From Bdellovibrionales bacterium (lineage in GTDB: Bacteria; Bdellovibrionota; Bdellovibrionia; Bdellovibrionales; JAMPXM01), in contig JAYUEN010000530.1 in assembly GCA_043739185.1 (NCBI GenBank), positions 1-64,000 on the forward strand: DNA of 64,000 nucleotides, in the 5' to 3' direction. The notes below the pieces were generated by a model, which was not told the origin of the DNA, did no database searches, and saw nothing but the letters and a program-made list of their open reading frames with translations. A program made the translations under genes and the position numbers. This document shows positions 21,381 to 29,411 of this stretch, piece by piece (positions within the stretch are counted from its first letter, which is position 1; each line of letters starts with the position of its first letter).

Positions 21381-21575
21381 TTACAGATGATCGATTACGA
21401 TATCGCGAGCCATGACGGTTTTTCGGCCGTCCGCTTTTGCACTTTCGATTCCCTTTGCACAAAGCGCTTCGATCGCTTTACTCAACTGCTCAACGGTCTC
21501 TGACGAAGTATTGCATCCGCCTTTTTCTTTGATGTATTTTTTTACCTTGCTGGTCACAACTAGAATTTCAGCCAT
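21381..21575 (-). CDS. bacterial histone-fold protein (Bd0055-like)
   Basis: 64 aa, LVVTSKVKKYIKEK...AKADGRKTVMARD with the histone R-D clamp. Closely resembles Bdellovibrio Bd0055 as I recall it. GAGGAG RBS. Confidence 0.93.
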   Translation of the reverse strand: MAEILVVTSKVKKYIKEKGGCNTSSETVEQLSKAIEALCAKGIESAKADGRKTVMARDIVIDHL

Positions 21576-21724
21576 TTTTTCTCCTCACCAATTCGCATTT
21601 TTTCGCAAATGTTAAAGCCTCGTTAGAAACATTGGAGCAGACTCAGCAATCATTTTCAAGCGCTCAAAAAGCTTTAGACGCAATATGTTTGAGTTGAGCA
21701 CCGCATTCCTAGACCTTCGTCTGG

Positions 21725-22474
21725 CTATGTGGGCGAGGCTTGTGGTTCAGCCGACTTTTTGGCTACGGCTGCCACCACTAAAATACTGATTTCATAGAGC
21801 ACCACCATGGGAACCAATAGCATCAACATACTTAAGAGATCTGGCGGCGTAATTATTGCGGCGATGACGCCTATTCCAACAATTGCATAACGTCTTTTGG
21901 CGCGCAGAAATTTTGCATCGACAACACCGATTATTCCTAGAAGTGTTATGATTAGTGGCAGTTCAAAGGCCGCACCAAATAATAAAGTCGTGGTAATGAA
22001 AAAAGATAAGTATTCATTGATGGTAATCATGGGTTTATCGACGCTGCCACCAAAGGTGAACAAAAACTGAAAGGCCGCCGGAAAAACCATATAATATACA
22101 AAACAAACGCCAGCCAAAAAAAGTCCGGAACCTGTTCCTAAAAATAAAGCCGTATATTTTTTTTCTTTTGTGTATAGTCCGGGCGCTACGAACCGCCATA
22201 TTTGATAGAGCCAAATGGGTGTTGCCAGCATTACGCCTGCCATTATTGAAACTTTAATTGCAGCTACGAATTTGTCCATGGGAGAAGTGAAAACCAGACC
22301 GCCAACGCCGTCTTTTAAATAAGGCGCCACAGGTGCCCGAATAAAATCAAATATTTTATCATTAAAATAAAAAGTTACGCCCGTGCAAATGACAATAGCA
22401 TAGGCAGAGTTTATAAGCCGCACTCTCAGTTCAGTTAGGTGATCAATGAGCCCCATATCTCCATGTTCGCTCAT
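21725..22474 (-). CDS. tatC: twin-arginine translocase subunit TatC
   Basis: HLTELR.RL, QIWRFVAPGLY, FELP and ITPPD motifs. Confidence 0.97.
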   Translation of the reverse strand: MSEHGDMGLIDHLTELRVRLINSAYAIVICTGVTFYFNDKIFDFIRAPVAPYLKDGVGGLVFTSPMDKFVAAIKVSIMAGVMLATPIWLYQIWRFVAPGLYTKEKKYTALFLGTGSGLFLAGVCFVYYMVFPAAFQFLFTFGGSVDKPMITINEYLSFFITTTLLFGAAFELPLIITLLGIIGVVDAKFLRAKRRYAIVGIGVIAAIITPPDLLSMLMLLVPMVVLYEISILVVAAVAKKSAEPQASPT

Positions 22475-22809
22475 TTTTTATCCTTGGCTGCTTCTGACTC
22501 GTCTGACTTTATCTGATTGTGGCTTGCCGCCGGCGGATCTGTCTGTGAACCCGCGTCTGGTCCGGCTTCTGGGCCATGTCCTGTTGCTGCGGAAGTTGGT
22601 GGCGTGTCTTCTGTATTTTGTTTGTAAATGGCGTCATTAGTGAAGTCACGCGCATCTGTTATTGTTTTTGCCACATCGCCGGTTACTCTTTTTAGTTCGT
22701 TTAAAAAGCGGCCGAGTGTACGCGCTACTTCGGGTAATTGTTTTGGGCCGATCACGATCAACGCAATCGCAGCGAGCAAAATCATATGAGCAAAACTAAG
22801 TCCAAACAT
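22471..22809 (-). CDS. tatB: twin-arginine translocase subunit TatB (TatA/B family)
   Basis: MFGLS...LIVIGPKQLPEVARTLG; directly upstream of tatC. Confidence 0.88.
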   Translation of the reverse strand: MFGLSFAHMILLAAIALIVIGPKQLPEVARTLGRFLNELKRVTGDVAKTITDARDFTNDAIYKQNTEDTPPTSAATGHGPEAGPDAGSQTDPPAASHNQIKSDESEAAKDKK

Positions 22810-22860
22810 AGGCCTAAGTTTATCGAAGCCCTCGCTCGGTGTCTAGCCCGCATTTATTTA

Positions 22861-22979
22861 GATGAGCCCAAAATTAATGGGACCGTCGTTGCCTTCGTCG
22901 TCGGCTTGTGCGGCCTACAGGCAGTAGGCCTCCGCGCCTTCTCCTCGGGCGCCTCGGGCGCATTAATTTTGGGCTCATC
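22861..22979. mobile_element. ERIC/MITE-like palindromic element (119 bp)
   Basis: Perfect 19-bp terminal inverted repeats GATGAGCCCAAAATTAATG (22861-22879 / 22961-22979). GC-rich core with central hairpin GGCCTAC-AGGCA-GTAGGCC. Confidence 0.75.
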
Positions 22980-22984
22980 ATCAA

Positions 22985-23605
22985 TTATTGCTTTTTTAAC
23001 GCTGCTTTTTGGCGAGGCACGGTGATCAATCCTTTTTCAAGTAGCTTCTCGCGAGCGACTTCTGATCCCGTTAAATTATAGGCTTCAAACAATCTCATAA
23101 TATTAGATTCATCAGTCAAACTTGATTTGGTACTGATATAAGTAAGGACGTCTGCAAACTCCGAAAATCTTCTGGCATATTCATTATAAAGTTTCGCGGC
23201 CGTATCTTCTTTTACACAGCCCGCAAGTGTGGCATACGCTGAGCCACCCATTTCTGCATAATAATCTATGTCGACGGTTTTTCTCTGCAAAGAGTCGCCA
23301 AAAAATCCGCTGACATAAAGGCTGCGATCTCCCATTTTTTTTAATAGCTCAACTTTAGTGGCGGGCTCAGCATTTGTTGCGCGAAGAAACGTCTCAGCTA
23401 AAGTGGCCTTGGTCTTTCTTCCTGACGAATCGGTTTCATCAAATAAATTTTCTGCTGCGACGTGAAACTGTAGCACTCCAACTAAATAACTTTCCGCGAG
23501 AGGAAAGGTTCGAATGTTTCGCTCTTCAAAGGCATCCCTCACAATTTGGGAAAAATAGTCCCGGCTCGACAAAACCAGACTAGGAATTGCATCTTTTTGA
23601 CTCAT
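22985..23605 (-). CDS. conserved hypothetical protein (206 aa)
   Basis: Start moved to ATG 23605 after GGGGAGA. Motif GDRSLYVSGFF.DSL....D.DYY..MGG.AY looks like an uncharacterised helical family. Confidence 0.85.
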   Translation of the reverse strand: MSQKDAIPSLVLSSRDYFSQIVRDAFEERNIRTFPLAESYLVGVLQFHVAAENLFDETDSSGRKTKATLAETFLRATNAEPATKVELLKKMGDRSLYVSGFFGDSLQRKTVDIDYYAEMGGSAYATLAGCVKEDTAAKLYNEYARRFSEFADVLTYISTKSSLTDESNIMRLFEAYNLTGSEVAREKLLEKGLITVPRQKAALKKQ

Positions 23606-23629
23606 AGGCGGTCTCCCCCTCGCCTTATA

Positions 23630-23657
23630 CTTTCGGCGTGGACCTCCTTTTATTTTA
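23630..23657 (-). promoter_or_regulatory. sigma28-like promoter
   Basis: TAAA-N16-GCCGAAAG on the minus strand, 25 nt before ATG 23605. Confidence 0.5.
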
Positions 23658-23771
23658 CCAAATTTTGCGGACTTATCGCATTTTTCTTGCAAAATCCGTA
23701 TCGTCTAGGCCTAGGACAGAATTATACTTAGGCCGAGGCTTTAGATTCCATAAGCGAAATCTTGAGTCCGC

Positions 23772-23786
23772 GTCTCAATTTGAAAC
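23772..23786. promoter_or_regulatory. palindromic operator-like motif GTYTCA-N3-TGARAC
   Basis: GTCTCA-ATT-TGAAAC; the same motif recurs at 31460, 11196 and 4844. Confidence 0.5.
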
Positions 23787-23801
23787 GCAATTAGGTTTTG
23801 C

Positions 23802-26411
23802 TTACCAGGGCTCAACATTTCCGACGGCGCTAATAACATCTTTTTGTTTAAATATATCATTCGCCACACTTTGAACATCTTTTGCACTTACTTGATTAAT
23901 ATGATCTGCAAAGCGGAAGGTCTCCGCGCTATCTATGCCGTAGAGCTCATTGAATAATATCGAGGAACCAATCGCTGAGTTTCTTTGAAGATCGATATCA
24001 TATCGACCAATCAAATATTTTTTTGCGCGCGCCAATTCTTCTTCGCCAATTTTTTTATCAACCAACTTACTAAACTCTTCTTTCAGCATTGAAATCGCTT
24101 TTTTTCCTTTTTCAGGGGAGCAGCCAATATAGGCGCCAAAATAACCTGTGTCTAAACCATCCATATGCATGGGTGACACCGAATAGGCCAATGACTCTTT
24201 GTCTCGCAACTCTAAAAAGAGACGACCACCTTGGCCAGCCAGTACGGACTGCATGACTTGTAAGGCGTGTCTTCTTGGATCTCGAATAGTTAATCCCTTA
24301 TAGCCTACTAGGATGTGCGTCTGCTCTTTGTTCATTTGACGAAATTTATGAACCTCTTTGCTTGGGGCCTGGTGGGCAAATTCTTGTTTGAGATTTTGTC
24401 CGTGTTTAATTCGATGGCTTGCGGTTTCAAGGGCATCTACCCATTTGTTTTTATTTGCGTCGCCCGTAACCACAATCATCATATTTTCAAGATTCAACAT
24501 TTTTTGCAGATGGCCTTCGAGATATTTTTTATCCAAACGTTCAATGCTTTCTTTATTCCCCATCATATCGTTTGCATAGGGGTGGCCGGCAAAAATACTC
24601 TCTAAAAACTGCAGCGAGGCTAGCTGCGCGGGATTGTCTTCGCGAGACCTCAGCGCCTCGAACATCATTTGTTTTTCTCGATCAATCGCCTGAGCGTTGA
24701 TCACGGGCGCGGTCAATACTTCTGCAAACAGTTCAATGGCTTCATCTTCGAACGGCGAAAGTGTTTGCATATTGAGACCGACTGAATTTCTTCCGCTAAA
24801 GGCATTCATTCCGCCGGCCATATTTTCAATTTTATTTTGAATTTCAATTTCATTTAGATCTTTGGTGCCACTGGTCCAAACACGTGACAAAAGATCACTG
24901 CTGCCAAGAAAACTCTTTTCTTCTGCTCTGAGTCCTCCCAATGCGCCCGCACGCACACTTAGTATCGGAGTAGATTGATTGGTGCGAAAAATGACGCTCA
25001 CACCGCTTTTCAACTTTACTTTTTCAACTCGCGGGGTCGTGCTCGCGCCCACCGGTTTTAATTTCATCGAAAGTCTCTTGAGCTTCGCCGCCTTAGGAAT
25101 TTTTGTTTTGATCGACTTCTCGTAAAGCTTCTTATAAGTTTTCGCCCAATCTTTAAATGCCTTTTCAATTTGTTTTTCAGAGTCTTTCACGAGACAAGAA
25201 ATATTAATTTTTCCCGGCGAAAGGTATTTGCGTGCCACCTTTACAAGATCTTCGGGCGTCAAAGCATAAATTTGTTTTAGATATTTTTGAAAATAATTAT
25301 AGTCGCCCATCAAATTTTCAAGGCCGCCGGCTTTGCGTGCTATACCGTCGACAGTCTCAAGGGCATAAAACTCTTCGCTTTCAAGATTCACAATCGCCTT
25401 TTTTATTTCTTCGGCGGTGGGTAATTGGGTGAGCGCCCTTTCGAATTCGATCAGAATATTTTCAAGAACCTCGGACATTTTGTCTTGATTGAGCGTCGCA
25501 GACAATGAAAAGAGGCCCTGATCTTTTGGTGTGAAACTGCCAATCCCAACAGAATTGACCATCGCTGAATCCATGCGCATGCGCTTTACTAAGCGGGAGC
25601 TATCTCCCTGGCCCAAAATCATCGCCAACATATCAAGTGCGGGCACATCTTTGTGAGTTGCCCCCGGAATTGGCCATGCCATATGCAAAATGGCCTCTTC
25701 AAATTTTGCCTTTTTAACTTGGATTCTGTTTTGCGACTGTGGTTTCTCTTTTTTCCTCGCGATTTTTTTGAGCTTGTAACTCTTAAAGCGACTAAATTGC
25801 TTCTCAAGCTTTGCCATCATTTCTTTGTTTTGAAAATCTCCGACCACCACCAGGTGCATATTGGCGGGCACATAGCGGGATTTAAAATATTGATCGATTT
25901 TTTTTCCAGAAACACTTTTGATAACTTTATCGTAGCCGATTACCGGTATGCCATACGGATGCGATTTATAGGCCGTTTGAAAAAGGGTTTGGCTCGCCTG
26001 GCGGTGTGGACTGTCGTTTCCTCTTTTAATTTCCTCAAGAACCACTTCACGCTCATTGTCGACTTCTTTTGGATCGAACTTAGGAAAACCCATCATTTCG
26101 CCGATAACATTGATGGCCGTATCAACGAAATGTTTTGAAATTGTGACGTGAAAAACCGTCTGATCAAATGAGGTATATGCATTTAGTTCGCCGCCGGCGG
26201 CCTCAACACTTGAAGCAATTTCGCCCACCTGATATTGGTTGGTTCCTTTGAAAACGAGATGTTCTATAAAGTGTGAAATGCCTTCTTGGCCCTTCATTTC
26301 ATCGGCGCTCCCAGTTTTAACCCACATTTGTACTGACACCACTGGCGATTTGTGGTTTTCAATAAGTAGAATTGAAAGACCATTTTTGAGTTTGTATTTT
26401 TTGGCTGCCAT
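23802..26411 (-). CDS. M16 (pitrilysin/insulinase) family zinc peptidase, fused two-half type
   Basis: HFIEH (HxxEH) and NAYTSFDQT motifs; second inactive half. Start is 26411 or 26423. Confidence 0.93.
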   Translation of the reverse strand: MAAKKYKLKNGLSILLIENHKSPVVSVQMWVKTGSADEMKGQEGISHFIEHLVFKGTNQYQVGEIASSVEAAGGELNAYTSFDQTVFHVTISKHFVDTAINVIGEMMGFPKFDPKEVDNEREVVLEEIKRGNDSPHRQASQTLFQTAYKSHPYGIPVIGYDKVIKSVSGKKIDQYFKSRYVPANMHLVVVGDFQNKEMMAKLEKQFSRFKSYKLKKIARKKEKPQSQNRIQVKKAKFEEAILHMAWPIPGATHKDVPALDMLAMILGQGDSSRLVKRMRMDSAMVNSVGIGSFTPKDQGLFSLSATLNQDKMSEVLENILIEFERALTQLPTAEEIKKAIVNLESEEFYALETVDGIARKAGGLENLMGDYNYFQKYLKQIYALTPEDLVKVARKYLSPGKINISCLVKDSEKQIEKAFKDWAKTYKKLYEKSIKTKIPKAAKLKRLSMKLKPVGASTTPRVEKVKLKSGVSVIFRTNQSTPILSVRAGALGGLRAEEKSFLGSSDLLSRVWTSGTKDLNEIEIQNKIENMAGGMNAFSGRNSVGLNMQTLSPFEDEAIELFAEVLTAPVINAQAIDREKQMMFEALRSREDNPAQLASLQFLESIFAGHPYANDMMGNKESIERLDKKYLEGHLQKMLNLENMMIVVTGDANKNKWVDALETASHRIKHGQNLKQEFAHQAPSKEVHKFRQMNKEQTHILVGYKGLTIRDPRRHALQVMQSVLAGQGGRLFLELRDKESLAYSVSPMHMDGLDTGYFGAYIGCSPEKGKKAISMLKEEFSKLVDKKIGEEELARAKKYLIGRYDIDLQRNSAIGSSILFNELYGIDSAETFRFADHINQVSAKDVQSVANDIFKQKDVISAVGNVEPW

Positions 26412-26434
26412 TTTTGTCTCCATTGAAAGAAATT

Positions 26435-27643
26435 ATGAGCTTCGGTGTCTACGTTCACATTCCCTATTGTAAGCAGCTCTGTCCGTACTGTGATTTTTCA
26501 CGCTACCTAATTGATAAAATTATGCCGCCTGAAAAATACGTCGCTCTACTTAAACAAGAAATTTCAACTCGCGCGGCTGCGGTCGGTCCTCGTCCAATTC
26601 AAAGTCTTTATTTTGGAGGTGGAACGCCAAGCTTGTTCGAGCCGAAGCTGATTGTATCAGTCATCGACGAACTTGCAAATCACGGATTCAGTCTCGAAAA
26701 AAATGCTGAGCTGAGTATTGAAATTGACCCCGGCACCATAGACGAGAAAAAACTCGACGCACTCATTGCCGCTGGCTTCACGCGTTTTAGTGTGGGCGCG
26801 CAATCCTTCAACGATCGTCTTCTCGCCCTGGCTGGGCGAAAGCATAGCTCAAGCGACACCCGTGCCTTACTTAAATTGATGAGTCACAAAGCTTTGAATT
26901 ATTCTTTCGACCTGTTGTTTTCTTTGCCCACCCAAAGTCTAGACGATCTGCGCGTCGATTTAGATAACGTCTTAGAGTTTGAGCCCTCTCACCTAAGTGC
27001 CTACTTACTAAATTTAAGCGACAAGCATCCCATGAATTTAGGCCGAGCCGATGACGATGTGCAGGTTTCGATGTTCAATGAGATCGAACATCAGCTCAAG
27101 AAGAAAAATCTTTTGCGCTATGAAATCTCAAATTTTGCTAAACCCGGATTTGAGTCAAAACACAATATGTTATATTGGAACGATCAGGAGTATTGGGGCC
27201 TTGGCGTCAGCAGCCATTCTTATTTAAAGGGCCTTGAGGGCTCTTTGGACTGGGGCGCTCGCTTTTCAAATCCTAAGCGCATTCACTCTTACGAAACTCA
27301 GATAGCAAAATCGAGCGCAAAAACTAATTCCCATCAAAAGTGGCGATTTTCGGATGGCCTCGAACCTGATGATTTTGAATCCCTCGCTCAACACCAAGCG
27401 CTGACTGATTTTTGCCACACCCGACTGCGCCTTTCCGAGGGCCTCAATGCCGCCGCCATTGTAGAAAAATTTTCGCCGTACGCTTGGCAACTGGTCTTCT
27501 CGCGCTTAAATGATTTGGCTGCCCGCGGCCTTGTTGAGTTTGCCGAAGGCTTTGAACAATGGCGCCTTACAGCTCAGGGAAAACTGCTGGCAAATTTAGC
27601 TTTTGAAAAACTCGTTTTTAGCGGGGATGAACTAAAGAGCTAG
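26435..27643 (+). CDS. hemW: radical SAM heme chaperone HemW (HemN-like)
   Basis: YVHIPYC.QLCPYCDF, GGGTPS, YEISNFA and HN..YW motifs; ATG 26435. Confidence 0.9.
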   Translation: MSFGVYVHIPYCKQLCPYCDFSRYLIDKIMPPEKYVALLKQEISTRAAAVGPRPIQSLYFGGGTPSLFEPKLIVSVIDELANHGFSLEKNAELSIEIDPGTIDEKKLDALIAAGFTRFSVGAQSFNDRLLALAGRKHSSSDTRALLKLMSHKALNYSFDLLFSLPTQSLDDLRVDLDNVLEFEPSHLSAYLLNLSDKHPMNLGRADDDVQVSMFNEIEHQLKKKNLLRYEISNFAKPGFESKHNMLYWNDQEYWGLGVSSHSYLKGLEGSLDWGARFSNPKRIHSYETQIAKSSAKTNSHQKWRFSDGLEPDDFESLAQHQALTDFCHTRLRLSEGLNAAAIVEKFSPYAWQLVFSRLNDLAARGLVEFAEGFEQWRLTAQGKLLANLAFEKLVFSGDELKS

Positions 27644-27679
27644 AAGGGCCTAATACATGAAGAAAATGCCCTTTCGCAA

Positions 27680-27707
27680 GTTGACAAGTCCCCCTCAGAA
27701 CCCATAT
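27680..27707 (+). promoter_or_regulatory. heat-shock (sigma32-like) or sigma70 promoter of grpE
   Basis: GTTGACA-N14-CCCATAT resembles CTTGAA-N13-16-CCCCATNT. Confidence 0.5.
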
Positions 27708-27742
27708 TGAAATGGCTAGTCAATTGAATCGGAGTACCAAAG

Positions 27743-28387
27743 ATGTCTAAAAAAAATCATGAGCATGATCTGAACAAGCATCGCCTTCACGAAGATGCGC
27801 CTGACGCCACCAGAAACCAAAAGGCCGAATCAAAAACTGACTCAGCGCCCGCAAATGAAGCCAACGGCGATGACCGGATTGATATTTCAAATGGCCAAAA
27901 AGCAAAAACTACCGAGCCAGGCGTTGAACACTGGCGTGCTGAGGCTGAAAAGTTTAAAAATGAATACCTTTACCAAATGGCAGAGTTTGAAAACTATAAA
28001 AGGAATGTAATTAAAGAGCGTTCCGAACTTAGAAAATATGGGTCCGAGCGCCTTGTCGTTGAGATCTTAAGTGGACTAGACCTTCTTGATAAGGCTCTTG
28101 AGTCCAATTTAAATGCTGAGAATCTCGAAAGTTTCCGAAAGGGAATCGAGCTCACCTCCACCCACTTTAAAAGTATGCTACAAAAGTTTGGAGTAGAGGA
28201 GCTGCCGGCAAAGGGCGTTGCCTTTGACCCCAATATTCATGAGGCTCTCAGTAGCGAAGCCTCTAAAGAAATTCAACCTGGCCATATTAGCCAAGTGTTT
28301 CGCAAACCCTATAAATTATATGATCGCGTGGTCCGACCAGGTCAGGTTGTCGTGGCGCGCGCTCCGACAGAAACCAAATCTGAATAG
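27743..28387 (+). CDS. grpE: nucleotide exchange factor GrpE
   Basis: AEFENYKR, FDPNIHEA and Y.LYDRVVRPGQVVV motifs. Confidence 0.96.
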   Translation: MSKKNHEHDLNKHRLHEDAPDATRNQKAESKTDSAPANEANGDDRIDISNGQKAKTTEPGVEHWRAEAEKFKNEYLYQMAEFENYKRNVIKERSELRKYGSERLVVEILSGLDLLDKALESNLNAENLESFRKGIELTSTHFKSMLQKFGVEELPAKGVAFDPNIHEALSSEASKEIQPGHISQVFRKPYKLYDRVVRPGQVVVARAPTETKSE

Positions 28388-28396
28388 AGGCAACTT

Positions 28397-29404
28397 GTGG
28401 CAAAACGTGATTATTATGAGGTTCTTGGCGTCACACGCAAAGCTGAACCTGACGAACTTAAAAAAGCCTATCGCAAACTTGCCATGCAGTTTCATCCTGA
28501 CAAAAATCCAAATGATAAAAAAGCTGAAGAGCGCTTTAAAGAACTTTCTGAGGCCTATGATGTTTTGTCGGACCCTCAAAAGAAACAAACTTATGATCAG
28601 TTTGGACATATGGGTGCGCAAGGTGGCTTTCGACCAGGGCAAAGCCCTTTCGAAGGATTCGGCGGAAGGCCCGGTGGACAGGGCTTTGGTGGCTATAATA
28701 GTGCTGGCTTCGATCCCAATAGCGAATCCTTTCAGGATGTTTTTGGAGATATTTTTAGTGATGTTTTCGGCAATGCTCGGCGCGGGCCCGGCGGCCCCAA
28801 ATCAGCACGCGCACGCGGTGCGGATTTAAAATACACACTTAATATTAGTTTTGAAGACGCGGCTCTCGGCTGTGAAAAGACCATTTCTTTTGTTCGTCAT
28901 CGTGGCACAAAAGAAGAAAGTGCCAAGCTGAGCGTAAGCGTTCCTGCTGGAGTTAAGCCTGGTCAAAGACTCAAGTTAACCGGAGAGGGTGACTCGGCCG
29001 CGGGCGGTGGCGCGATTGGTGATTTATTTGTCATAATAAATATTTTAGATCACCCGCTTTTTCGTCGCGTTGAAAATGATATTTACCTAGACCTGCCGTT
29101 AAGTTTTGTCGATGCCACCCTGGGTGTTACCGTCGAGGTTCCAACACTTACTGGCCGCGCATCACTTAAAGTTCCCCCGGGCACACCCTCAGGGCAAATT
29201 TTTCGCCTGAGAAGTAAGGGCTTTACGTCGGTCGCCGGCTCTGAAACCGGCGATATGTTGGTTAAAGTGCAAATCGACGTTCCGCGAGAGCTGAGCGACG
29301 CCGAAAAGGATTCGTTGCGCCGCTTTTCTGCTTCTCTTACGGCTACTCCTTTGGTGAAATCATACCAAGAAAAAGTAGATCGCATTTTAAAAAATAAGAA
29401 GTAA
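28397..29404 (+). CDS. dnaJ: J-domain co-chaperone (class B DnaJ, no Zn finger)
   Basis: [14 protein letters not shown]-domain, G/F-rich region and DnaJ_C; no CxxCxGxG repeats. Confidence 0.88.
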   Translation: MAKRDYYEVLGVTRKAEPDELKKAYRKLAMQFHPDKNPNDKKAEERFKELSEAYDVLSDPQKKQTYDQFGHMGAQGGFRPGQSPFEGFGGRPGGQGFGGYNSAGFDPNSESFQDVFGDIFSDVFGNARRGPGGPKSARARGADLKYTLNISFEDAALGCEKTISFVRHRGTKEESAKLSVSVPAGVKPGQRLKLTGEGDSAAGGGAIGDLFVIINILDHPLFRRVENDIYLDLPLSFVDATLGVTVEVPTLTGRASLKVPPGTPSGQIFRLRSKGFTSVAGSETGDMLVKVQIDVPRELSDAEKDSLRRFSASLTATPLVKSYQEKVDRILKNKK

Positions 29405-29411
29405 TTGCATC

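Noticed and set aside
22738..23025. 95-aa plus-strand ORF across the palindromic element
   Set aside because: Overlaps tatB and the 206-aa gene antisense; best explained as chance read-through of the GC-rich element.
28218..28829. 203-aa alternative-frame ORF over grpE/dnaJ, and similar shadow ORFs (e.g. 25653-26138, 47753-48590, 58749-59264)
   Set aside because: Nested in well-supported genes, with no recognisable motifs or RBS.
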